64,000 nucleotides of DNA from Eledone cirrhosa (GCA_964016885.1 OZ024741.1:2046001-2110000); one strand, 5' to 3'; shown: positions 13,503 through 24,757, counted from the first letter of the stretch. Numbers and translations are program-made. The notes: generated from the letters alone by a model not told the origin.

Positions 13503-13735
13503 TTCTTTATTAGCCACAAGGGCGCAACAAGAAAGGGGACAATACAAAGACATGCCGGGGATTTTACATACAGTCGTGTAAAAAATATAAAAACAAACAA
13601 TTTCAACAATCGAAATCCCCAATAGGGGGGAGGCGCCACAAATGGGTTGTTTAATACCCCGTCGATAGAACAACCCTCAACTCAAGGAGCGTGTTGTGCA
13701 AGTGCTCCTTTCTTCCTTTTGCTCTCTTCCTCAAC

Positions 13736-16700
13736 CTACAGGCTTATAAACAGAGAAGGCCCAATCACTCGGGCCATTTTCGCTTCATTCACCCACCTTT
13801 CAGTAAATTTACTGGGGTGCAGTGCCTCTCTCTCCACCCTGATTCTCCTTCTAAAGTGATACTTAAAGAATGGAATCAATTGTTGTCCGGAGAGAAAGGC
13901 ATCTGTCCTCAGTCCTCTCAACCTCGTCCACCATATAACTTCTTTCACCATAGCCACCGTACAGAGGAAAACCGCCTCTCTTTCGTTTTTGAAAGAGTCT
14001 GGCGGTTTGATCCTTACTATGGACTCGGAAGTCAACTGTATTTGTCCCATACGCGACAGCAGTTGTTCTGCATAGTTCCACAGGTCGCTTGCGCCCGGGC
14101 AGTGTACAATTGCGTGTAGAACTGTTTCAATGTCCTGCGCACATCTTGGACACGTCCTCTTGGAAGGATCCCTGCCAGGGCGTCCGTGCCTGTAGATCTT
14201 GTCACGAACCGGTAGAGCTCCTCGGTAGCACTGCCAGGCCAGGGACCTCTGGAAGTTGTCCATAGGTCCCGGGCGGAAAGTCCTACCAAACATACTGGTG
14301 AGCTCATCGTCTTCGACGCCCAGAGTCTCTCCGAGCACGTCGTCGCCCTTGTAACGTACAATCCCTCTATAGAATGTCGAAGTGGAGTCTCCACTGATTG
14401 CTGCGCCCGCTTGCCAGAGGACTGTGAGCGCCTGAGCGCATTCAATGTGCCAGGCGCCCATCGTTTTCGGTCTTTTCTTCACCCAAGACTGCAGCTCCGT
14501 TAGCGAGACGAGCTGTGGGAAAGCCTGTCTCACAAACGGTGCCCACACCGGTTGGGGGTCGGTGAGGAATACCTGGAGATGCCGCAGCCTCAGCGCATGT
14601 TTGCGCATCATCAGCCACGGCATTCCCAGCCCTCCGTTGGAAGGGTGCTGACAGCAGACGGATCTCCTCACCAGCGGAGCCTGCTTCTTCCACAGAAACT
14701 GGAAGAGCATGCGTTCCATCTTGGTGAGGTGTTCACGGGGACAAGGCACGACAGTCAAGCGGTAGTAGATGACGGACGCTATGAAAGTGTTCGCCACCTC
14801 CGCTCGGCCTTTCAAGGACAGTTTGCACTCTGCGCACTTCTGAGTGAGTGCAAACACCTTGGCCGTGACCTTGTTCCAGTTTTTCTCCACCTGGAGGTCT
14901 GGACCGAACCAGACCCCGAGCAATTTCACCGGTCCGTCCGTCCAGCGTCCAACGACGCTGTCGGATGTCATCGGTTTGCCTCTCCACGTACCGAGTTGCA
15001 AACCGACAGACTTGTCTGGGTTTAGTTTTGCTCCCGTCAGCGTTTCGTATTCTTTCAGTATGTTGCCGATCACCCCGATTTCCGAGGTGCTCGACACCAT
15101 TACTGTCACGTCGTCGGCATAAGCCGACGCCGCTTTGCGCAGTCCCGGTTCTAGGGGGATGCCCTGCAACAGCTCCAATTTCCGCAGTAGTGGCTCTAGA
15201 GTCAATACATACAGAATGGAGGAGAGAGGGCATCCCTGTCGAATGGAACGCGTGATTGCGAACGGCTCCGATAGGTAGCCGTTCACCTTGACCCTCGAGC
15301 AGATGCTGGTGTGCATCGCCTCGATCCATCCTCTGAACACGGGACCGAAACCGGCCGCCTTGAGAACCGCTTCCAAGTATCGATGGTCGACCCTATCGAA
15401 TGCCTTAGACTGATCCAAGTTGATCAGAGCCCCACCGAAGCCGGGTTTACTACCCACCCTCTCTATGATGTATCGCATGAGGTGGAGGTTGTCGTGTATG
15501 GACCTGGTCGGAATTGCACACGTTTGCGCTTTCCCTACCAGGTTCTCGACGACAAGCGCCAACCTCGTCGCTAGCACCTTGGCCAAAATCTTTAACTCTG
15601 TGTTGAGCAGAGTTATGGGCCTGAAGTTGTTAATTTCGTCCCCCTTGTTCTCGTCTTTCCTGATCAGCGTTACTACGCCCTTGCCTGCAGAACTGGGAAT
15701 TCTCCCGTTCTGCTGCCAATTGCAGTAGACGGCTTCGAGGACGCTAGAGAACAAGTCCGGCATGCCTATGTAAAATTCGTAGGGTAGACCATCTAGACCG
15801 GGTGACTTGCGTTTCCCGCAGCGGCCCAGAGCGTCCCGTATCTCAGTGTCCGTGATCGGTCTTTCGCAGAACTCGGCGTCCGTGTTCGAGAGACGCGGCA
15901 GGCCGTCGAGGTATGAACTAAAGTCCATTGCCCCGTTCGGCTCACCGTCGTTCTGCTCAAACAGTCGCGCAAAGTGCCGCTGAAAGGCCGCGCACATTTG
16001 CCTGGGGTCAAGTAGCACGCGTCCGTTTTGGTCTTTCAAAGACCGAATCGTGGACTTGTTGCCACTTTTTGCCTCCGCCACTCGGGCCCAGCTGACAGCT
16101 TTCGCTCCTTCGTTTCCTAGAGCACGTGTTTTGCTTCTGACCACGCAGCCTTCGTGTTTCGCATCGAAGAACTGGTCCAGTGCCGTTCTCGACGCTAACA
16201 CTCTAGCCGCGTTGCCACTTCTAAGTGCCTCCTCTACCTTGGCTACTAGTTCTCTTTCTATTCTGTTCTTCTCTAAGGCTAACTCTCTGCTATACCCTAT
16301 CGATTCTATTCTAATTGCTTTCTTGAGAGAGTACCACCATCTATTGTTGACGATGGCTCCCGTTAACTGTTGCTTGACTAGTTTACTTATCCGTTCACTG
16401 TAAGCTTTACGTGCCGGCAACGACACGTTCAGCTTCCAGTATCCGGGACCCTGTCTATGTATTCTATCACGGTTGACTAAGCAGACGACTAACTTGTGAT
16501 CTGAATAGGCAACCATGTGCATTCGTGGACAGCTTAACATATCCTTGTCCCTTTCTCTAATGAAGAACCTATCTAAATACGATCTAGATGTCCCACTGCG
16601 GTTTACCCACGTCCACTGTGGTGCAGTCGGGAAATCCAGTCGATACCTATCGGCCAGTTGGAATTGGCCGATTAAAGTTTTGAGGCTGTTGCACCCCGCT

Positions 16701-17182
16701 CTACTGGGACATGCTCCCACATAGTCCCATCGTGCATCTAGGATACCATTCCAGTCCCCCACTAAAAGTAAGGAGCGAGACGTTCCCAGAAAAGACTCTA
16801 GACGCTTAAAGAAGTCTGGCCGTGATTGCGATTGCCCGGTCGGGGCATAAACGGCCACCAGTCTGAAGGCTCCACCTCCGATACTGTTCACGTCTAGGAC
16901 TACCAGTCTACCCTCCGGGTCCAAGTGTACTTGCTGTACTCCGACGTCCAGGTTCTTCCGAAACATAACAGCCACTCCACCTCCACCTCCTGGCTGACAG
17001 AGAGATGCGTAGATCTCAAAGTCGTCGAAGATGGGGGTTCGTTGCTGCCTGTTGTGGATTCTGGACTCGGTGATGGCTATCACATCCATACTGTGTGACC
17101 TAAGGTCGTTTAAAAGTTGGCCCTGTTTCCAGGGCATCCCTAGGCCACGCACATTCACGGTTCCAACTCGTAAACCAGCCAT
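13736..17182 (-). CDS. ORF2: APE endonuclease + RT + Cys/His finger (1148 aa, intact)
   Basis: VNVRGL, GDWN, SDHK, GPGYWKLN, FRPITLLN, KAFDRVDH, RQGCPLS, YADD, CPRC..ETVLHAIVHC. Confidence 0.95.
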   Translation of the reverse strand: MAGLRVGTVNVRGLGMPWKQGQLLNDLRSHSMDVIAITESRIHNRQQRTPIFDDFEIYASLCQPGGGGGVAVMFRKNLDVGVQQVHLDPEGRLVVLDVNSIGGGAFRLVAVYAPTGQSQSRPDFFKRLESFLGTSRSLLLVGDWNGILDARWDYVGACPSRAGCNSLKTLIGQFQLADRYRLDFPTAPQWTWVNRSGTSRSYLDRFFIRERDKDMLSCPRMHMVAYSDHKLVVCLVNRDRIHRQGPGYWKLNVSLPARKAYSERISKLVKQQLTGAIVNNRWWYSLKKAIRIESIGYSRELALEKNRIERELVAKVEEALRSGNAARVLASRTALDQFFDAKHEGCVVRSKTRALGNEGAKAVSWARVAEAKSGNKSTIRSLKDQNGRVLLDPRQMCAAFQRHFARLFEQNDGEPNGAMDFSSYLDGLPRLSNTDAEFCERPITDTEIRDALGRCGKRKSPGLDGLPYEFYIGMPDLFSSVLEAVYCNWQQNGRIPSSAGKGVVTLIRKDENKGDEINNFRPITLLNTELKILAKVLATRLALVVENLVGKAQTCAIPTRSIHDNLHLMRYIIERVGSKPGFGGALINLDQSKAFDRVDHRYLEAVLKAAGFGPVFRGWIEAMHTSICSRVKVNGYLSEPFAITRSIRQGCPLSSILYVLTLEPLLRKLELLQGIPLEPGLRKAASAYADDVTVMVSSTSEIGVIGNILKEYETLTGAKLNPDKSVGLQLGTWRGKPMTSDSVVGRWTDGPVKLLGVWFGPDLQVEKNWNKVTAKVFALTQKCAECKLSLKGRAEVANTFIASVIYYRLTVVPCPREHLTKMERMLFQFLWKKQAPLVRRSVCCQHPSNGGLGMPWLMMRKHALRLRHLQVFLTDPQPVWAPFVRQAFPQLVSLTELQSWVKKRPKTMGAWHIECAQALTVLWQAGAAISGDSTSTFYRGIVRYKGDDVLGETLGVEDDELTSMFGRTFRPGPMDNFQRSLAWQCYRGALPVRDKIYRHGRPGRDPSKRTCPRCAQDIETVLHAIVHCPGASDLWNYAEQLLSRMGQIQLTSESIVRIKPPDSFKNEREAVFLCTVAMVKEVIWWTRLRGLRTDAFLSGQQLIPFFKYHFRRRIRVEREALHPSKFTERWVNEAKMARVIGPSLFISL

Positions 17183-17223
17183 GTTGGTGAAGAGAAGTTG
17201 GAGAAAAAGGACGAAAGGTGCAC

Positions 17224-19104
17224 TTACCTTTTCGTTTCCTGGAGATCGGGTTGTTCAATCTCCATTTGGGTGCTGGATGGGGTGTTGGGTGGGGTGGGGA
17301 AACCTTTCAACAGGACGCGGTTGATGGGCTTGTGGCAGGGGTTGCCCACGTCCTGTGAAAATTTAATTTTCAAGTCTTTATAGGTTTCCATAGAAACCCT
17401 TATAAGTTTAAGGTGTGGAGACGATTCTGCCTTGACGAAAGTTTTGCCCTCCGTCTCCACCTTGGGGTTTTGGGAGATGACCTCCATCAAACTCTTGTTG
17501 TTTGTGTTGATGTATGCGTATTGTTGTTTGTGTTTTTGTTGTATTGTTTTAGTTTGTTGTTCATCTGGTAGTTTTCTTTTTATGGTGGGTGCTTGTGTTT
17601 GGGGTGGTGTTGGTGCTGGTTTTGCTGATAGGGGGGTGTTTGACTGTGGTGTTGTTTGTGTTGTTGTTTGTGTCTGTGGTTGTGTGTTGGTGTTGGTGAT
17701 TGGAGTTTTGGGGGTTTTGTGGTGTCTCTTTTTTTTGTTTTTTGGATTTCCGCGGTTCTCCCTCTTCTTCACTTAAAGAAGGAGAAGCAGCTTCATCCGT
17801 CGATGAATAATCATCGTCAGGTGTGTGGGGTAAGGGTATGTTGTGTGGTGGTGGTTGTGTTTCGGTATGTGTGTTTGTGGTAGTGTTTGATGGAGTGGGA
17901 TGGAGTGGGGATGTGTTCTTCAGGGGTGTTGTCTCTGTTTTTTCTGTTGTTGTTGGTTGAGTGTCTGTTTGTTTTGGTGTGGTTGCTCGTTTCGTCTGTC
18001 GTTGTACTTGTGGTGGTGGTGGTGGTTGTTTTGGTGTTGGTGTTGGTAATAGCGTTTTTTTTTATGATGTTGCTGTTGTGTGTTTGTGGACAAGAGGCTT
18101 TTAGGTGAGATGTGCTACCACAGCGAAAGCAGTGAAATTTTCTTCCTTCTACCGAAATGTTTATTTTGTTGTTATTATCAATAACGACTCTTTCGGGTAT
18201 TTTGGAGATTCTCTCCGGTTTCATTTGCAACAGAATCTCCAAATCGGTGCCCGCCCACCTTTGTCGAATGGATTTTCGTATCGAAAGTATTATGTCTGTT
18301 TCTGGCTCTACGAAGCCAGCCAAGATCCACCAGATGTTAATGCTTGGAGGTATGTTTTTTATTTTTATTTTTTGTGTCCTTTTCCCCATGTATGTAGGGA
18401 AAAAGGTGTATGCTTTTGACACTATTGGTGTCACAGAGTTTTTTTGGGGCCAGTGTCTCGCTTTTAAACAGTACGGAAACGCTTCCGTACTGTTTTCCTC
18501 GCTGGAGAAAATCGACATTTGCTAGAATCTCCTTGAAAGAATCTTCTATATCTGACTGATTAACAAATGTCGGTTTTCTTGACGAATTTGACACAGTCCT
18601 AAAAGTGACTGATCGGCGGTTTGTGTCTTCCTTTATTTCAAGGGGTGAGTTAATTCTAAACCCACCTCTTTCTTCGAAAGTTACAAATTTTCTCCCTTGC
18701 TGGAGCATATCTCTTGCGTTGGAGATATCAAGATTTATAAAATCTTGTTTCTTGTTGACTGTGTCAGCAAAAGACATTTTCTTTTTTTGTGTGATGTTGT
18801 TGTTGATAATGATGTTATCGTTGTTGGAAATTGTATGTGTAGATGTATCTGTAGAGTTGTTGATGTCTTTTTCATGTGTATGTATGTCAATGGGTTTTTT
18901 TGCCGTGTTTTCCCGTGTGTTATTGTCATTTTTCTCCGCTTCGGCGGTAGAAATTGTAACATTTTCAAATGTTGATATATTTTTTTCTTTTGTGACAGTA
19001 TCTATGGCAACGTCCATAGCAGCAGAAGCAGATATAACGTTAATATCTGCCTCTTTCTCTCTCTTTTCACTATTAACGTTCTCCAGCGTTCTAGTGTTGC
19101 TCAA
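17224..19104 (-). pseudogene. ORF1, split by frameshifts
   Basis: Track ORFs 18337-19104, 17817-18518 (CFRCGSTSHLKASC) and 17224-17772 (ends MEIEQPDLQETKR*). Confidence 0.8.
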
Positions 19105-19314
19105 GTTTTTTTTACTTTGTAAAATTGGATATTTTAAGACAAACTTTTAAATAAAATTTTCGCCCCTACAGGGGCGAAAAATGGGATTACCACCCAGCTG
19201 ACAATTCAGCTTGGGGGTTAATCTACAAAGTGTTGTATTTTTTTCAAACAATTAGATCGGTTTTTTGCATAGAAATTAACAAAAAACTTACCGGCGATAT
19301 TCCACACGTTAGAC

Positions 19315-19319
<5 letters not shown>

Positions 19320-19372
<53 letters not shown>
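19320..19372. repeat. (GATA)13 at the 5' junction of Tx1 copy 3
   Basis: Direct read; no Tx1 element lies beyond it. Confidence 0.95.
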
Positions 19373-19373
<1 letters not shown>

Positions 19374-19410
19374 ATTAAATTGTTTAACCTCTAATATCGT
19401 AGATATATTT

Positions 19411-19600
19411 GTTTCTAATTAAGTCACAAGGCCGACAATTTGTGGACAGAAGAACGCCGATTGAAGTACGCGGCTGGTATTTTGTTTTATCTATCCTGAA
19501 TGAATGAAAGGCGATATTGCTCCCTGAGGTGTTTGGAATCTGAATATAAAGAGCCAGAACAAATACGGTAATAGCGTTTTATCGAACTGTTTGCTAATTC
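19411..19600 (-). mobile_element. Degenerate tRNA-derived SINE
   Basis: Similar to the 20302-20487 copy: GGCCTTGTG..AGAAAC tail, TTTCAT core and a box-B remnant. Confidence 0.65.
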
Positions 19601-20094
19601 TGTCAATTTACCGCCCTCAATAGTCTAAACATTATATCACACATTTTATCTAGTGGTTGATGATAGTAGATTAAATCAATATTTGATTGATACTGTATCT
19701 TATTGAACCCCAGTAAAGATGAGCGGAAAAATGAAACTTGCTGTAATTTGAACGTAAGGTAAGTGGGATGGAAACGAATGTTTGCAAAGGTGAGAACTGC
19801 TAAAGGCACCTAAGGATTGTGCAATGGCGGTGGTGTAAAGTCACGTGGTAACTATGGTTAAATAAGTACAATTGCGGAAGACATTTCCCCACGAATCTTT
19901 AATGATTTTACTCTTAATACATTGTTGATAATATATACAAAATAGCAACGAACCAAGTGATTTGTGCTAATAAATGAAATATTGGAATGGTGGTAACAGT
20001 TGTTTGTAAAACTGTTAAAATAAACAATAGAGAATTGTTAGAGTCCCGTTGTGAAACCATTTGTATATTTATTAGTATACATGATTTATTAGTA

Positions 20095-20780
20095 TAACAG
20101 ATATATTAGGAACAGAGATCTGTTAGTATTTTAATACAAAAAATATGTTAGTTTATTAGTATAGTAGATCCGGAATTATAATATATTAGTATATTAGTGT
20201 ATTAGATGTTAGTATATTAGTATAGACGATCTGTTAGTATATTAGTATAGACGATCTGTTAGTATATTAGTATAGACGATCTGTTAGTATAGTAATAAAG
20301 AGTTTCTACTTTTGGCACAAGGCCAGCGATTGCCCCAGTGCGTTACTGGTACTTTATTTTATTGACCCTGTAAGGATGAAAGGCAAAGTTAACCTCAGCG
20401 GGATTTGAACTCAGAATGCAAAGGGCCATAACTCTATGCTGCAAAGCATGGTGTCTGACGCTCTACCGATACTGGCAAACCACCACCCTGTTAGTATAGT
20501 AATATGACTGATCTGTTAGTATAGTAATATGAGAGATCTGTTAGTATAGTAATATAGACGATCTGTTAGTATAGTAATATAGACGATCTGTTAGCACATT
20601 AGTATAGACGATCTGTTAGTATATTAGTATAGACGATCTGTTAGTATATTAGTATAGACGATCTGTTAGTATATTAGTATAGACGATCTGTTAATATATT
20701 AGTATAGACGATCTGTTAGTATATTAGTATAGCTGATCTGTTAGTATAGTAATATGAGAGATCTGTTAGTATATTAGTAA
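20095..20780. repeat. 25-bp minisatellite (TTAGTATATTAGTATAGACGATCTG)n interrupted by a SINE
   Basis: More than a dozen tandem units, best conserved at 20210-20297 and 20488-20780. Confidence 0.9.
20302..20487 (-). mobile_element. tRNA-derived SINE with a Nin-like core
   Basis: Minus strand shows a box A-like head, box B GAGTTCAAATCC, core TTTGCCTTTCATCCTT...TAAAGTACCAG and tail GGCCTTGTGCCAAAAGTAGAAAC. Flanked by a 17-bp direct repeat (20281-20297 and 20488-20504). Further copies or fragments near 25260, 25598, 40320, 40577, 44370, 49494, 49850, 55092 and 62225. Confidence 0.85.
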
Positions 20781-22104
20781 AACAGGTACGTTAAACAGAT
20801 ATTTTATTATGACTTACGTCACATAAATATTAGGTTTTTGTTAGATAAATATAGTTTATTATATCATTACTACATAAGTTGGTAGATATGTAGTGAAAAA
20901 ATAGTTTTAGTATATTCACTAGTGAAGGGAAGAGGTTGTGGTCCCACACTTCTATGACCTTATATGGTAGAATTGATGGCGGCTGGTGATGACCAAATCG
21001 AATATTCCTCAAGTGAGAAAAACAAGAAAAATGTTGTACAAAAGGGGACCGAAAGGTAAGCAAGAGATTGAACTCTGCTAAAGGCACTCAAGGGACCAAG
21101 AGATGGTGTTATACCGGGTGATATTTAAGGCCTTAACTAAATATATCAAAAGTAAATTATATTTTTAAATGTGTGGAGAATAAAGAGGGGAGTTATAATC
21201 AAATGAAAAGGAGGTCCTACTATTGTTGTTATTTTCTGATTTATGAAATTTTTGATGTTGTTAGATGACAACCCCGAGAACAATTATGTGTGTGTATGTC
21301 TGTGTATGTCTGTGTACGTGTGTGTATGTCTCTGTATGTGTGTGTATGTGTGCGTATGTGTATGTGTGTGTCTGTGCCTGTGTGTGTGTGTCTGTGTATT
21401 CTGGATATGTGTGCGTATGTCTGTGCCTGTGTGTGTATGTCAGGGTATGTGTGTGTGTATGACTGTGTGTGTGTGTATGTATGTATATATTCATTATTAT
21501 TATTATTTGACTATTTATCACGATCAACTTTGATGTTACTTTTAGTCGGTTATTTTATGGAATATCGGGATACCCACAAGTACCCTAGGGTAGCTCCCAA
21601 AGTACCATACCATTCCTTATCATTTCATTATAGCTGGTAGACCAGAACTTTTCTCAATATTCGGACTGTTCACATGTCTTCTGGACTGATTCAATCCCTT
21701 GTACAAAATTTATTTTCAACAGGTAGAGTTTAAGAATCTTTGTCACCAAGAGCAGCAATCATTACTGGGACAATGGGGGTTGTCTTCAGCTAATTACTCC
21801 AACATTTCAAGATCTACTGGGGTCGTATTTGAAGGAATACAAAACATATATCCATAATAACATAATATACGGTATTGAAACATATTGTAGAAAACACTAA
21901 ATGGAAAAATAGATGGAAAGTGTAAGGTGCATGTAGATTATAACTTGTGATACACGTGGTTGTGTGAAGACGTAATGTTGTGTAACAAAATTTTAAGCAA
22001 ACCAAAGACAAAAGAAGGAAGTAGTTTTTTTAATAATTTTGTAATTTTGATGGATTTTTATGATATTCTTAATATATATATATATAAATATATATATGAT
22101 ATTC

Positions 22105-22138
<34 letters not shown>

Positions 22139-22330
22139 GTATAGGATTATCCAAGATGTAGTGATGGTTAATTACTACACTGGATATGGTTGACGTACGG
22201 TAAGAGGTTACTCTACGAGTTGTGGAAGAATTGTTCAAGAAACTTAGTTCCTGATACTTCAGTATTCCGGAGTGTATATAAAGAATGAATAATAACAGGT
22301 AGACATCATAAAAAGGTAATTTATTCCGTG

Positions 22331-22442
22331 TGCTTACAAGTGTTTCCACGGTGGTACTGCAGCCTAGTTCCGCTACGTGCAAATTCACAAGTATTTGCAG
22401 AACTCGAATATCCAATGCTGTGACCACTGTTTCCTCAGAGCA
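22331..22442 (-). ncRNA. Type I hammerhead ribozyme motif (3' pLTR of PLE A)
   Basis: Reverse-complement copy of the motif at 24786-24897. Confidence 0.7.
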
Positions 22443-22934
22443 GAATGGTAAATGTACAATGTAAAAACCCTTAAGTGGGGTTGTTGGGGAAGATAGAGTG
22501 GAACAGGAAGAGAGAAAAGTAGGGAAGAAGGAGAGAGAAGGAAAGATATGCAGGGGTTGGAGAAGTAGGAGAGAGTGGCTTGTAGATATCTTAATCAAAA
22601 TGTTATGGTAGGGGTTTTATTGTTTACTTTTGGAGAGATGCGTAGATAGTTGAGGTCGGAATTATTTATTGCCCCAGGGGGCAGGTTCATAGATGTTGAG
22701 AGGGAGGTAGGTCAAAGGTGAGAGAGAGAGAGTGTAATGGATGTAGAGAGAGATATATAGGTAGAGAGGGCACAGATAAAGTATGTGTGGTGAGTGAACT
22801 TTTGGTTTTGTAGTAGTAATCTAGGAATTATACTGAGTTACCATGTATAGTGATAAGCAGTGTATTGTCTTGTAGTGTGGGGGGAGGAGAAGGTTGTTAG
22901 CTAGAAAGTGGTGTTGTAGTTACGGGTTCGAATG

Positions 22935-24757
22935 TTAAGTTATTTTATAGTGAGAGAATTTAGCTTTTAGTTTGTGGTTGCAGTATAATGATCGTTCAAT
23001 TCTATCGTTAAGTAGTTTGTTTTTGGATTTTAGTATGTAAAATAGCTCAAGGTTACATAACCTGCAGTACTTCAATCCACTCCGATATGCATTTGCGCTG
23101 GAAAGTATATCCCATTTTAAGGTGAACTGTTGGTTGTGTTCACGGAGTTGCCAGGTCTTGTTGGCGAGCGTGGTCACAAAACGGTGATTCGGATGTTTGA
23201 TTGAGAATCGATGACGGTACCAGCAAGATTTAAACGATGTGGTGGTAGATCCGATATAATACCATTTCTGGTCGCTCGATTCAACCGTGCATTGGTAAAC
23301 AATGTTGGACTTTAGGCATTCATTCTGCAATGGACATCTTTCAGGTAGATGGCAGTTACATTCTTTGTTGTGGGTAGCGGGTATACCATGGATAGGTTGT
23401 GATAGCGGTACATGTGGGTTGTGCAATACCCGTCTCCCATTTAGTGGTTGGGAGGCAGATATTGCGTTCTGCCCATCTGTTACTAAAATGTTTTGTTTTG
23501 TAGAGTTGTTTAATTGCCTTAAGTTAAGTTTTTTTATGTATGCTTCAAGGTTTGGTGCCGTGGAGTATGATAGTCTAATAGTTTTAGAGTTCAGAATTTT
23601 GCTGTACTTATGGGAACTAGGGAAGTGTTTATTGATTAATTTAGAGAATGAAAGAGATAGTTTTGTACTAATCGAGGCATTAAAAATAGGATTATACCAG
23701 ATATACTTTCTACAACGTGATTTATTTGGTGGTGATCTTCTATTATTAGTATGTCTGGTAGTACCGTGTGTGTGTGCTTGTGTTTTAGTCCCCCGGTTAC
23801 GTATACCTTGATTACGTGTAGAGCTATGTGTGTTGTGGAAATTACTATCGATATATTCTATTGTATCCCGGTGGTCAGCATTCCTTAATGCATTATTGTA
23901 GTATTCAGCATGTTCACTAAAAATATCAGAGTTAGACGATAGGCGAGAGATTCTAAGAGAAATACTCCGGGGAACTGATTTGATCATGGAGAGTGGGTGG
24001 TTAGAGTTAAAGTTAATATACGTAAGGTTCTCATTTACCTTGTGGAAGGGTCGTATCTGTCCGGTATTTAAATTAAGAGTTACGTCCAGAAAGTTTACTA
24101 CTTTAAGATTGTATTCGTATGTTATTTTTAGACCCAGTTCACTAAAAGATTTTCTAATATTTTTCCGTAGCCTTTCAAGATTTTGGTTATTCAAGTTATT
24201 AACTAATAAGAGCCCGTCATCTCTATATATCCCCCCCCCCCTGTAGATTACTAAATCTACTATGTAATATGTGGGCCATGTAAATTCCCACGAGATCTGT
24301 GACCTCCGCCGAGTCGTTGGAACCCATGGTAATATCGAAATTTGTGGGTCTGTCCTTACGTTCCCAGTAGCAGTTATCGAACTTAATAATGGTTTTTCTA
24401 GCCTCGAGAATAATATTAATTTCGTCCTCCGTTAGGTCGGAATTGGCCTTAGCAAACGATAGGGCCTTACGTAAAGTGCTTGGTGAGATGGAAGAGTAGT
24501 ATTCGTCTATGTCAAATTGTATAAACTTAGATTTATTCTTATTCTTAACATTATTAAACCAGCGAATTGCTTCGCTAATGTTGCCCCATAATTTAATTTC
24601 AATTTTCTTTTTCACTTGAGTTATTACTCTGTCAAGTATATGTTTACTAATTTTCCCTATGTCTGATTTAGAAGGGCATATAAGTCTAATCTTAGGGTTA
24701 GAGTCAAAATTTACCTTATGGTCCTTTAGGTTGAAGGTGGGGGTAGCGGGTATAATC
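22935..24757 (-). pseudogene. PLE RT + GIY-YIG endonuclease, frameshifted at a C11 run (~24231-24241)
   Basis: FIQFDIDEYYSSI, FDITMGSNDSAEVTDLVG, (G)IYRDDGL across the frameshift, VNFLDVTLNL, CNC..C..C linker, NIVYQC..YYIGST, CRLCNLE. Confidence 0.9.

Larger units (their letters stand above)
13503..19319 (-). mobile_element. Tx1/L1-clade non-LTR retrotransposon, copy 3 (full length)
   Basis: Same architecture as copies 1 and 2; ORF2 intact. Confidence 0.93.

Noticed and set aside
2372-19150. Plus-strand ORFs recurring in all Tx1 copies (e.g. MSANTLAVT.., MIRAPPKPG..)
   Set aside because: Antisense shadows of the conserved GC-rich ORF2, with no independent coding signal.
20210-20780. CRISPR-like regular repeat
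   Set aside because: Contiguous units without unique spacers, in a eukaryotic context: a minisatellite.
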